The position numbers and the translations under genes were made by a program. From an uncultured Mycoplasma sp. (GTDB lineage: Bacteria > Bacillota_I > Bacilli_A > RF39 > UBA660): a stretch of DNA of 41,491 bases. Positions within the stretch are counted from its first letter, which is position 1; the number at the start of each line of letters is the position of its first letter. Location of the stretch: positions 1-41,491 of the forward strand of contig CAZIFN010000002.1 of the NCBI GenBank assembly GCA_964538205.1, given 5' to 3'. Below the pieces are notes generated by a model. That model saw only the letters and a list, made by a program, of their open reading frames with translations, was not told the DNA's origin and made no database searches. Shown one piece after another: positions 1 through 8,935 of the stretch.

Positions 1-1
1 A

Positions 2-109
2 ATTACTGATATATTTGCAGAATGTTCTATAGATTATGATAAAAATAGTGATACTACAATAACATTTTATAAAACAATTCAAAATAAATTTCTATGTGAT
101 ATAAAATAA
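2..109 (+). CDS. 3' end of a CDS truncated by the window edge; product unknown
   Basis: Frame 2 is stop-free for 35 codons from the window edge (ITDIFAECSIDYDKNSDTTITFYKTIQNKFLCDIK) and ends at TAA 107-109. That is unusual in such AT-rich DNA. Confidence 0.3.
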   Translation: MTDIFAECSIDYDKNSDTTITFYKTIQNKFLCDIK

Positions 110-143
110 ATTATATTTATCCAAAAAATGTAAAAGCAAAAAC

Positions 144-157
144 AGAATATATGTTCG
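144..157 (+). promoter_or_regulatory. Candidate LexA (Cheo-type) SOS box upstream of dinD
   Basis: AGAATATATGTTCG contains GAAT-N4-GTTC, one mismatch from the Firmicute GAAC-N4-GTTC core. It lies about 85 nt upstream of a DNA-damage-inducible dinD homolog. Confidence 0.4.
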
Positions 158-240
158 TGAAAAATGTGGATTTAGATAGACAATTTTGTTATAATAATTG
201 TGTAAAAAGATTTATTGAAATTATAGAACTGGAGGTTTAA

Positions 241-1065
241 ATGAACATAGAAGAATATAATGAAAAAACATTTGAAAGTGTAAAACATTTTGATGAACTT
301 GGGAATGAATACTGGGAAGCCAGAGAATTAATGCTTTTACTAGAGTATAGTAAATGGGAAAATTTTCATAAAGCTATAAAAAAAGCAATGATAGCTTGTG
401 AAACTAGTAATAATAATGTTAGTGATCACTTTCCTGAATTCAGGAAACCGATAGTTGGTGGAAAAGGGAATATACAAAATGTTATAGACTATCATTTATC
501 AAGATATGCTTGTTATTTAATTGTGCAAAATGCAAATCCCAGAAAAAAATCAGTTGCACTAGGACAAACTTACTTTGCTATTCAAACCAGAAAGCAAGAA
601 ATAACGGAATTAGAGTATTCTAAATTATCTGAAGATGAAAAAAGGTTATATACTAGAATTCTTGTAAACAATAAAAACAAATATCTATTTAAGACTGCTA
701 AAGAAGCTGGTGTAGAAAATTTTGGAAAGTTTAATAACTTTGGATATAAAGGCTTATATAATGGGGAAACAGCTAAGCAAATTGCAATAAGAAAAAAAAT
801 AAAAGAAAATGAAGATATTCTTGATTATATGGGCAGTGAAGAATTGGGTGCTAATCTTTTCCGAATAACTCAGACAGAAGCAAAATTAAAAAAAGATAAT
901 GTTGATAATGAGGAGGATGCTTGTATAACTCATTACAATGTAGGAAAAACAGTTAGAAAAGCAATTGAGGAATTAGGCGGTAATATGCCTGAAACGTTAC
1001 CAACTCCAAAAAAATCTATAAAAGAGTTAGAACGTGAAGAATTATTAAAAATTGGAAACAAATAA
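241..1065 (+). CDS. dinD: DNA-damage-inducible protein D (DinD, BRO-N-like N-terminal domain)
   Basis: 274-aa ORF with RBS GGAGG 6 nt upstream. The N-terminus FESVKHFDELGNEYWEARELMLLLEYSKWENF...YHLSRYACYLIVQNANPRK matches the DinD family as I recall it. Confidence 0.8.
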   Translation: MNIEEYNEKTFESVKHFDELGNEYWEARELMLLLEYSKWENFHKAIKKAMIACETSNNNVSDHFPEFRKPIVGGKGNIQNVIDYHLSRYACYLIVQNANPRKKSVALGQTYFAIQTRKQEITELEYSKLSEDEKRLYTRILVNNKNKYLFKTAKEAGVENFGKFNNFGYKGLYNGETAKQIAIRKKIKENEDILDYMGSEELGANLFRITQTEAKLKKDNVDNEEDACITHYNVGKTVRKAIEELGGNMPETLPTPKKSIKELEREELLKIGNK

Positions 1066-1101
1066 TAATTGCAGATTAAATATAGGAAAGTGAGATAAAA
1101 A

Positions 1102-2055
1102 ATGGAAGCTCGTAGATTTATAATTGGTGATGAAAAAGATATATGTGAGGTTATAAAAAAAGACATTTTAACAGAGAACGTTTGTGATTATTCGATTGAA
1201 TCTATTAATCATTTAATAAAACAGCAAAATGAGGAAACAATCAGAAAAAGAGCAAAAAGTTTCCACTGCTATACATTTTTAGATAATAATAAAATTGTCG
1301 GAGTAGGAATGATTGGTCCATATTGGGATAGTTTAACAGAAAGTTCTTTTTTTACGATATTTAGAGATCCAAAATATAAAGGAAAAGGGTTAGGAAGATT
1401 TATTATAGAAACTTTAGAAAAAGATGAATATTATTTAAGAGCAGATAGAGTTGAAATACCTTCTAGTATAACAGCAGTAGAATTTTACAAACATTTCGGA
1501 TGGGATTTTAAAGAGCATGGTAATATTGTTGATGATGAAGGAATTTATCGTATGGAAAAATTTCCAAAGTCAAACAAAAAAGTTAAAAGTATAAAATATA
1601 ATATGCGTCCATATATAGATAATGAACACCATAATTTTAAAGAGTTTATATATCAAACAAAAAAACAAGCATATAAAAAATACGTTGAAGAAAATTGGGG
1701 AGAATGGAACGAACAGGTTCAAAGAAATTTATTTGATAAATTTATAAATAGTGTATCAAATGATGCTTGGATAATTCAACTGAATGGTAAAAACATAGGT
1801 TTTTATAATGGACAAGAACTAGAAGATGGAAACTATGAAATAGGGAATATATGCATTATTCCTGAATATCAAGGTAAAGGTATAGGAACACAGGTATTAA
1901 AAGATATTTTAGAATTACATAAAGAACAAGATATACATCTTCAATGTTTTAAATCTAATCCGGTTAAAAAGTTATACGAAAAATTAGGGTTTATATTAAA
2001 TGAGGAAACAGATTTTCATTATCAAATGATAAAGAAAACAAAATTATTAAAATAA
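1102..2055 (+). CDS. Tandem-domain GNAT family N-acetyltransferase
   Basis: Two acetyl-CoA-binding motif A copies are present (YKGKGLGRFIIETLE and EYQGKGIGTQVLKDILE) in the N- and C-terminal halves of a 317-aa ORF. Confidence 0.75.
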   Translation: MEARRFIIGDEKDICEVIKKDILTENVCDYSIESINHLIKQQNEETIRKRAKSFHCYTFLDNNKIVGVGMIGPYWDSLTESSFFTIFRDPKYKGKGLGRFIIETLEKDEYYLRADRVEIPSSITAVEFYKHFGWDFKEHGNIVDDEGIYRMEKFPKSNKKVKSIKYNMRPYIDNEHHNFKEFIYQTKKQAYKKYVEENWGEWNEQVQRNLFDKFINSVSNDAWIIQLNGKNIGFYNGQELEDGNYEIGNICIIPEYQGKGIGTQVLKDILELHKEQDIHLQCFKSNPVKKLYEKLGFILNEETDFHYQMIKKTKLLK

Positions 2056-2310
2056 AAGATTAGATGCGTTTTTGGATACGTTCTGCTCGTGAAGCGAAGT
2101 GTAACCGAGTATAGCCGAGTGTATAAAAGTGCGAATTTAAAGGATAAAATGCTAATTTGTGCTACTAAATGACATCAAATTAAAAAATATATGGTTCTTG
2201 GAAAAAATATAAACAATGTTGTGGAAAGCATTATAAAATAAGGATATAGACAACAATTTAAATGTGGACATTTTTTATATAAGTAAATAATATATGTAGG
2301 AGTTGATAGT

Positions 2311-3384
2311 ATGCTTTATTTAAAAAAGATAAATTTTGAAGATATTGAAGAAGAATATAAAGCGATAACGTCCATTCCAGCACAAGAAAATGGATTTGAA
2401 AATAAATATCATAACGTTACAAAGGATGAATTTGTAAACAAAGTAATTCCTAAATTATTAAAAAATTCGGAGGGTTTAGAGTTGCCTGATGGATATGTTC
2501 CTGATACTTATTTCTTTTTATGGGATGATAAGAAGATAGTTGGATTATTTAAAATAAGACATTATTTAAATGATTTCTTAAGAAAAGGAGCAGGTCATAT
2601 AGGATATGAAATATTGCCTGAGTATAGAGGTAAAGGCTATGCAAAGCAAGGACTTCTTTTGGCAATTGAAAAATGCAAAGAACTAATAAAAGAAGATGAA
2701 ATATATTTATCTGTTCGTAAAAATAATCCTGCTTCATTAAAAGTTCAATTAGGATGTGGAGCTTTTATAGTTGGAGAAACAGATGAAGAATATCTTACTA
2801 GAATAAAATTAAAAGATAATAGTATTACTTTTGGATTTAGAGATTTAAAAAGAAACGACTGGAAAAGAATTACTAAAAAAGAAGTTATAGTTGAAGATGA
2901 AAAAAATGAATTTTTTGAAGGAAAAGTTTGTTATTTAGATATGCAACTAGTAGAATCTCCTTTATCAGTTGATTCACCAACTGGTAAGGTTACAATAGCA
3001 GATAACAACTATAAGAATTTAATATTTGCTCCTAAAGAAGAAAATTATTGGCTAACTGTTATGTTTGATGATCAAGATAATTTAATAGAAAGTTATTTTG
3101 ATATTACACGAACTAATGATTTTAGTAATCCAGAAAACCCATATTTTGTTGATATGAAATTAGATGTCTGTATTCCTAATGGCCATGAACCAACAATAAT
3201 GGATGAAGAAGAATTGAAAGAAGCATATGAACACGGACTAATTACTGAAGAAGATTTTGAAAATGCCTATAATATAGCAAACAAAATTATAAGGACATAT
3301 AATTTACATAAAGAAAATTACTATAACTTTATATATAGTTTATATAATAAATACAGAAATAATAAAGCAAATAGATTATTATAA
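2311..3384 (+). CDS. GNAT acetyltransferase fused to a C-terminal DUF402 (nucleoside di/triphosphatase-like) domain
   Basis: The N-terminal half has the GNAT motif EYRGKGYAKQGLLLAIEK. The C-terminal half has a DUF402-like block: YFDITRTN...YFVDMKLDVCI...IMDEEELKEAYEHGLITEEDF. RBS is GGAG. Confidence 0.7.
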   Translation: MLYLKKINFEDIEEEYKAITSIPAQENGFENKYHNVTKDEFVNKVIPKLLKNSEGLELPDGYVPDTYFFLWDDKKIVGLFKIRHYLNDFLRKGAGHIGYEILPEYRGKGYAKQGLLLAIEKCKELIKEDEIYLSVRKNNPASLKVQLGCGAFIVGETDEEYLTRIKLKDNSITFGFRDLKRNDWKRITKKEVIVEDEKNEFFEGKVCYLDMQLVESPLSVDSPTGKVTIADNNYKNLIFAPKEENYWLTVMFDDQDNLIESYFDITRTNDFSNPENPYFVDMKLDVCIPNGHEPTIMDEEELKEAYEHGLITEEDFENAYNIANKIIRTYNLHKENYYNFIYSLYNKYRNNKANRLL

Positions 3385-3455
3385 AACAATATATACAGAT
3401 TTGAAGCAGGAAAGGTTAATGGAAAAGAAAACAAATTTTTACCTTTGAAATCTTT

Positions 3456-3953
3456 ATGCACAACATTATACATGATATAATTAATACAAAATCAATAGCA
3501 ATTTATAGAGGAGAAAAAAATTTAGATATGGATAAATTTAAGGAAATAAGACCTGTTGTGCTTGGAATAGTAAAAAAAGGCAATAAAATTTTAGTTAGTA
3601 AAGGATATGATAAAACTAAAAATGAAATATTCTATAGAAGTATAGGTGGAGGTATTGAATTTTTAGAAAATAGTAAAGAGGCTCTAAAAAGAGAATTTAA
3701 AGAAGAACTTAATATAGATATTAGTGTAGGTGAATTTGTTGGAATTTCCGAAAATATATTCACCTATAATGGAAAAAAAGCACATGAATTAATATTGTTT
3801 TACAACGTTGATATAAATGATTCAGATTATAAAGAAGAATATCATGTAATTGATGATAACTGTGAAGTTGATGCAACATGGATTGATATAGATAAATTTA
3901 TAAATGGAGAATTAAAAATATATCCAACTGAAATATTTGAATATTTAAAATAA
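3456..3953 (+). CDS. NUDIX hydrolase
   Basis: Nudix box GGGIEFLENSKEALKREFKEELNI (GX5EX7REUXEEXGU). The true start may be ATG 3528 (MDKFKEIRP), which has AGAGGAG 14 nt upstream. Confidence 0.8.
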   Translation: MHNIIHDIINTKSIAIYRGEKNLDMDKFKEIRPVVLGIVKKGNKILVSKGYDKTKNEIFYRSIGGGIEFLENSKEALKREFKEELNIDISVGEFVGISENIFTYNGKKAHELILFYNVDINDSDYKEEYHVIDDNCEVDATWIDIDKFINGELKIYPTEIFEYLK

Positions 3954-4077
3954 TAGCCAATTATTGGATTGATATAAATAAAAAAAGTACAGATAATTTG
4001 ACTGTTAATATTCTTTTTTGGAAATAATTGACGGTAAAATACAAAATATAAAATATAATAATTCTAGAGGTGATAAT

Positions 4078-4812
4078 ATGCGATTACTATTAAATGGTGG
4101 TGGAAGTACAGAACAATTGATTCCGACAATGATTAAATTAAACGAAATAATTGACCATGATAAGCCAATATTATATGTACCATTAGCTATGGATGAAGTT
4201 GAACATCCATATGATAGTTGCTACGAATGGTTTAGTCAGCAAATTATAAATGTATCAGTACCAGGATTAGATATGGCAAGATCCTTTGAAGATTTAACTT
4301 CTAAAAATTTAAATGAATATTCAGCGGTTTTTATTGGAGGTGGAAACACATATAAATTATTAAAAGGATTAAAAGAAACTGGTGCATTTGATAAAATTCA
4401 AGAATACATTCAAAATAATGGTATTGTTGTAGGATGTAGTGCTGGTGCAGTTGTTTTTGGAAAAGACATTGATATAATTTCAAGTATGGATTCTAATGAT
4501 GTTAAATTAACAAATACTAAAGGGTTTAATGTATTATCAGGAATTTCAATATTTCCACACTATATAAATTTAAAATCTAAATTAACTGTCGAAGAAAACC
4601 AAGCAATAATAGAAAAATATACAAAGACAATTATAGACTTTAGTTTAAAAAATGGAGATGTTTATGCTATTCCAGAAGAAGATACAATATATATAGATGG
4701 TACTAATGTAAAAATAATAGGAACAAGAAATTATTTTTATTTCAAAGATGGAGTAAAACAAGAATTTGAACTAGATAATAGTTATAGTTCAAAAAAACAA
4801 ATTTCTCATTAG
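4078..4812 (+). CDS. Peptidase S51 / type 1 glutamine amidotransferase-like (peptidase E family) protein
   Basis: Strong RBS AGAGGTGATAAT directly before ATG 4078; the ORF-track TTG 4018 has none. Nucleophile-elbow motif VVGCSAGA and FIGGGNTYKLL are typical of the family. Confidence 0.7.
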   Translation: MRLLLNGGGSTEQLIPTMIKLNEIIDHDKPILYVPLAMDEVEHPYDSCYEWFSQQIINVSVPGLDMARSFEDLTSKNLNEYSAVFIGGGNTYKLLKGLKETGAFDKIQEYIQNNGIVVGCSAGAVVFGKDIDIISSMDSNDVKLTNTKGFNVLSGISIFPHYINLKSKLTVEENQAIIEKYTKTIIDFSLKNGDVYAIPEEDTIYIDGTNVKIIGTRNYFYFKDGVKQEFELDNSYSSKKQISH

Positions 4813-4967
4813 GAATATGTGCCAATCATCACTCAATAGAAAGTACAATAAAAAAAGTCTAATATTGCAACATATCGTTGATGAAACAACAGATGTATAT
4901 AAAAAAGTAGAAGAAAGTTAACCTAAAGATACAATATATTGTATAAAAATATATAAAATTTTAACAA

Positions 4968-4999
4968 AAATACACAAAATTAATAATTTTTGTGTATTT
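4968..4999. terminator. Perfect 12-bp AT-rich hairpin, possible bidirectional terminator
   Basis: AAATACACAAAA (4968-4979), 8-nt loop, TTTTGTGTATTT (4988-4999). Confidence 0.45.
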
Positions 5000-5242
5000 A
5001 TAATATAAGACATACAAAAAACTAAAAAAAGTATTTCTTGCAAAAGAAAGTATGATAAATTAATAGTAAATAAAATGAGTGCGGTAGCAACTATCGAAAT
5101 TTAAACCTATGGAGAATAAAAAGAGACCTTTATTTATGACGTAGTGATTTTGCGACAAATTTTAATTTGTCTTTTGCTATGTTAATTTAGTACAATGGCA
5201 GAATGCAAGAATAAATGATATAATAATTATAGAGGTGATAAT

Positions 5243-6190
5243 GTGAGTAATTATATTAAAAAATTAGCACTTTCAAAAGGATATAGCGAATCTCTTTCAG
5301 AAGCGTTAGAAAAAGTAATACCCTCATCAATCATATACTATGGTCAAGAATATCAAGATTTAATTTTAGAAACACTAAATAATACTAATATATACATATG
5401 TAATGAAGACGAAACAGTATATGACACTGTAAGTAAAATTGATGAAGTATCTGATGAAGAAATTGTTAAAAAAGATGATTTAATGGTAGCATCAGGAGTA
5501 GTTTCTAATGTGCCTAAAATAATCTACAAAGATGAAGAATATATAATAGATTCAGTATCAAGATATATAATTTTAAGAGACGGTGACTTTGAAAAAGAAT
5601 CAAATGTTAGGACACTTGTACATGAGTTTTCCCATGCACTTAAATCATACAAGAACTCTGAATATATAAAAGGAGATATATTATATTCAAGAAACGGATT
5701 AATAGAATCATTCTACAAGTTATCCACCGATGAAACTGGAAAAGTAATAAAAAAATTAATAACTGAAAAAAGAGTAGGAATGGAAGAAGGCTTTAATTCT
5801 TTAGATGAAAGAGAAATAATGAATATAATAACAGGAAAAAACACAGAAACAGATAGCTATAAAGCCTTATCAGTTATTGCCGAAGAGTCTGATAATTTAT
5901 TAGGATTACGAGCTATAAGAATTAAATCACAACTTTCAGGAGACGTCGATTTATACAAAAATCATTTTAATGGAAATAGTGAAAAAGATATATTTGAAGA
6001 ATTAGCTTCAGATGAAGATAAATTAGTTGAGGCAAGCTATGAAGGATTTAAAAATATATTATTATTTGCATCAACAAATAAAGAAGATCAAAATAAAGTA
6101 GAAAAAATAAATGAGAAAACAAAAGCAAGCTTTGAAAAATGTCGCAGCCATATAGATGAAGCACTAGCAATCAGAGGAATAGAAATTTAA
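5243..6190 (+). CDS. Hypothetical protein with an HExxH (zinc-metalloprotease-like) motif
   Basis: GTG start preceded by AGAGGTGATAAT and an extended -10 TGATATAAT (5216-5224). LVHEFSHAL is the only recognisable motif; no signal peptide is evident. Confidence 0.6.
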   Translation: MSNYIKKLALSKGYSESLSEALEKVIPSSIIYYGQEYQDLILETLNNTNIYICNEDETVYDTVSKIDEVSDEEIVKKDDLMVASGVVSNVPKIIYKDEEYIIDSVSRYIILRDGDFEKESNVRTLVHEFSHALKSYKNSEYIKGDILYSRNGLIESFYKLSTDETGKVIKKLITEKRVGMEEGFNSLDEREIMNIITGKNTETDSYKALSVIAEESDNLLGLRAIRIKSQLSGDVDLYKNHFNGNSEKDIFEELASDEDKLVEASYEGFKNILLFASTNKEDQNKVEKINEKTKASFEKCRSHIDEALAIRGIEI

Positions 6191-6228
6191 AACAATCTCA
6201 AATATGGAAGATAAAATTAGGAGAACAT

Positions 6229-6711
6229 ATGGAAATAATAGAATATAATGAAAAATATATTGAAGATGTAAAAGACTTACTTGTAGAACTTGAAGAGTAT
6301 ATTATATCTATTGATAAAGACAATTTAGATCAATTACATCAAGATTATAGAGAGAAAATGGCAATTTTAGATTTAGAAGAAGTAAATAATTATAGTGGAA
6401 AATGTTACTTGGCTATTGAAAATAATAAGGCAGTAGGATTAATTATGGGCTGTATACCGCCTTATGAAGAGTATGATTATTTAGATTATAAATGTCCTAA
6501 AAGAGGAGAAGTAACAGAATTGATCGTTAGTAAAAAAGTTAGAAGTAAGGGACTTGGTCAAAATCTATTAACTAAAATGGAAGAGTATTTTAAAAGTATA
6601 GGTTGTGAATATATTTTAGTTGATGTCTTTGCTTATAACGAAAATGCAATTAAGTTTTATAATAAAAATAACTATCATGCAAGAATGTATACTGATATTA
6701 AGAAAATATAA
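6229..6711 (+). CDS. GNAT family N-acetyltransferase
   Basis: 160-aa ORF with RBS AGGAG and motif A VRSKGLGQNLLTKMEEYF. Confidence 0.8.
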   Translation: MEIIEYNEKYIEDVKDLLVELEEYIISIDKDNLDQLHQDYREKMAILDLEEVNNYSGKCYLAIENNKAVGLIMGCIPPYEEYDYLDYKCPKRGEVTELIVSKKVRSKGLGQNLLTKMEEYFKSIGCEYILVDVFAYNENAIKFYNKNNYHARMYTDIKKI

Positions 6712-6794
6712 TTAAAAGTACCTAAATACTTATTTACATTCATAAAATAAAAAAACTTCTCGTTTAATATAATATAAATGAGAGGAGAAACTTT

Positions 6795-7748
6795 ATGAAT
6801 GATAAAGCTCAAAAATATAGTGTTGTCAATAATTATAAAAAAGCATCCAGTAATAAAGAAAAGGTAAAATTCTGTTATGTTCAAGGATTAAAAGGAGAAA
6901 AAGGAGATAAGGGAGACCCGGGTAATATAAGTGTTGCTGTAGGAAATGTTGAAACCGTAGAGCCAGAAATATCTGCAAAAGTAGAAAATGTTGGAACTAA
7001 TGAAAATGTAGTTCTAAATTTTAAAATTCCAAGAGGAAAAGATGGAAATGAAGGTCCACCGGGTCCAAAAGGTGATACCGGTGAAAAAGGAGAACAAGGA
7101 ATTCCTGGAATACAAGGAGAAAAAGGTGATAAAGGAGATCAAGGTCCGGCAGGATTAGAAGGAATAAGTGAAAGTATAGTCATAGAAAAGACAGAAACAT
7201 TAGATTCGACTGAAGAAGCTGAAGTTACCGATGACTTTGAAAATAATGTTCATCATTTGACATTTCATATTCCAAAAGGAGAGCCTGGTCCAAAAGGAGA
7301 TACCGGTGCAGGAGCTGGTTCCACATCATTAAATGCAATAATTTATGCCGGCTACCAAAATGCCACAGATTCAAGACCGTTAACAATAAAAGAAAAAATA
7401 TTCATTCCAAGTTCAACAAGTTTTTTTGATGTTCCAACTAGCATCAATATTGACATAAAAACAACAGGTATTTATGAAATTACATTATGTGGAAAAATTT
7501 CTGGTGTTACACCCGACAATGGTGCCAAAGTTTTTCTATTAAATACTGTAACAGGAACTGTAATAAATAATTTGACATTTGAGTTAAAAGAAGGAGAAAC
7601 AAGTGATATGTGTTTTTCTGGATCAACAATAACAGAAGTATTTGCACCAGCAACTTTTCAAGTGAAAACAGGTATTAGTAATGATCCTAATACTGCTAAT
7701 ATAACGTTTTCTGATGTCATTTTAATAGTAAAAAGATTTAATACTTAA
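6795..7748 (+). CDS. Collagen-like triple-helix repeat protein with a BclA-like globular C-terminal domain
   Basis: Three G-X-Y tracts (GLKGEKGDKGDPG; [43 protein letters not shown]; GEPGPKGDTGAGAG) are followed by a roughly 140-aa beta-rich tail. RBS is GAGGAG. Confidence 0.8.
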   Translation: MNDKAQKYSVVNNYKKASSNKEKVKFCYVQGLKGEKGDKGDPGNISVAVGNVETVEPEISAKVENVGTNENVVLNFKIPRGKDGNEGPPGPKGDTGEKGEQGIPGIQGEKGDKGDQGPAGLEGISESIVIEKTETLDSTEEAEVTDDFENNVHHLTFHIPKGEPGPKGDTGAGAGSTSLNAIIYAGYQNATDSRPLTIKEKIFIPSSTSFFDVPTSINIDIKTTGIYEITLCGKISGVTPDNGAKVFLLNTVTGTVINNLTFELKEGETSDMCFSGSTITEVFAPATFQVKTGISNDPNTANITFSDVILIVKRFNT

Positions 7749-7750
7749 AC

Positions 7751-7802
7751 AAAAAACTAGATAAAAGATATAAAATACAACATATCTATTTAATCTAGTT
7801 TT
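7751..7802. terminator. Bidirectional terminator shared by convergent collagen-like genes
   Basis: AAAACTAGAT (7753-7762) pairs with ATCTAGTTTT (7793-7802). An inner AGATAT/ATATCT helix is present, and the hairpin is flanked by an A-run and a T-run. Confidence 0.6.
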
Positions 7803-8779
7803 ATAATGCTCATTTTAGCAGTTACACTACCATCAAAAATTAAGTCTGTAGTTTGTTCAGAAGTAATAACTAATGTTAGTTCATCATCTTCTATTAGTCC
7901 AGTTATCACTGTACCATAAGCGTTACATATAACATTTGCTTTTCCCTCACATTTAATTTCGCTACCTAAAATTTTTGCATCGGTATTTTTAACACTCAAA
8001 ACAAAATCAGTATCAACAGATGGAGCAACATTTATGAAATAATTAATTTGATATATACCAATTTTCCTAATGCCTATCGCAAAATTAGTATCATATCTAA
8101 CAAAAATGGCCGGACCAGCTTTTTCTAAAGGAATTATTGTTTCGGTATCAGCCATAACATTAAACGTTTGTGTCGACTCTGAATATCGTTCTCCATATGC
8201 ACCTACGCCACTAGGATCGCCTTTAGGTCCCTGCTCTCCTTTAGGTCCAATATCACCTTTTTCTCCAGTGTCACCTTTAGGACCAACAGGACCAGGATCA
8301 CCTTTTTCTCCTTTTTCACCTTGGATTCCAGGAATACCTTGTTCTCCTTTAGGTCCAATATCACCTTTTTCACCAGCATCACCTTTAGGACCAACAGGAC
8401 CAGTATCTCCCTTTTCTCCTTTTTCACCTTGTATTCCAGGAATGCCTTGTTCTCCTTTAGGTCCAACATCGCCCTTTTCGCCAACATCACCTTTAGGACC
8501 AGTAGGACCAGCAATATGTCCTGCATTTTCATAATCCATAATATCTTCATTCCAATAGTATAAATCTCCATTTATCAGATAAGTATCGCCCATAGTACCT
8601 ACTGGATGTTCATTTTTTAATTCATCTAAAGAAATAAAAGAACCTTTAATACTGATTCCAGTTCCAGGAGCACCTCTAGGACCTGTAGGTCCTATAATAT
8701 TACAAATTCCAAGCTCCTTTAACTTTCTTCTCAAAACAATATTCTCTTTTAAATAATTAAAATCGTCACATTCTTTCAT
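7790..8779 (-). CDS. Collagen-like triple-helix repeat protein (BclA/tail-fibre-like)
   Basis: [12 protein letters not shown], then a globular insert ([14 protein letters not shown]), then about 100 residues of uninterrupted G-X-Y, then a beta-rich C-terminal domain. RBS is GGAGG. Confidence 0.8.
   Translation of the reverse strand: MKECDDFNYLKENIVLRRKLKELGICNIIGPTGPRGAPGTGISIKGSFISLDELKNEHPVGTMGDTYLINGDLYYWNEDIMDYENAGHIAGPTGPKGDVGEKGDVGPKGEQGIPGIQGEKGEKGDTGPVGPKGDAGEKGDIGPKGEQGIPGIQGEKGEKGDPGPVGPKGDTGEKGDIGPKGEQGPKGDPSGVGAYGERYSESTQTFNVMADTETIIPLEKAGPAIFVRYDTNFAIGIRKIGIYQINYFINVAPSVDTDFVLSVKNTDAKILGSEIKCEGKANVICNAYGTVITGLIEDDELTLVITSEQTTDLIFDGSVTAKMSIIKLD
8213..8509 (-). repeat. In-frame tandem repeat, about 2.7 copies of a 108-bp (36-aa, 12 G-X-Y) unit
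   Basis: GPKGD[V/A/T]GEKGD[V/I][20 protein letters not shown][T/P]GPV recurs head-to-tail. The antisense and alternate-frame ORFs in the track (8070-8534, 8203-8571, 8321-8563) are by-products of this repeat. Confidence 0.85.
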
Positions 8780-8935
8780 ACTTACCTCCTGATGCTACTA
8801 TATTTTATGTAAATAAATAAAAAATGTATCTAAAAGTTTCCAATTAATATCAAAATAAAATCAAAATACATTTCCATTAATATCTAAAAATGATATACTT
8901 AAATAGAAATTAAATACAATAAAAAGGAGTAAATT

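Noticed and set aside
8070-8571. Three long ORFs from the track (8070-8534 +, 8203-8571 -, 8321-8563 +) overlapping the collagen-like gene
   Set aside because: They are alternate-frame or antisense readings of the G-X-Y tandem repeat (Pro/Ser/Leu-rich nonsense) and lack an RBS. Only the minus-strand frame 7790-8779 gives a coherent collagen-like protein.
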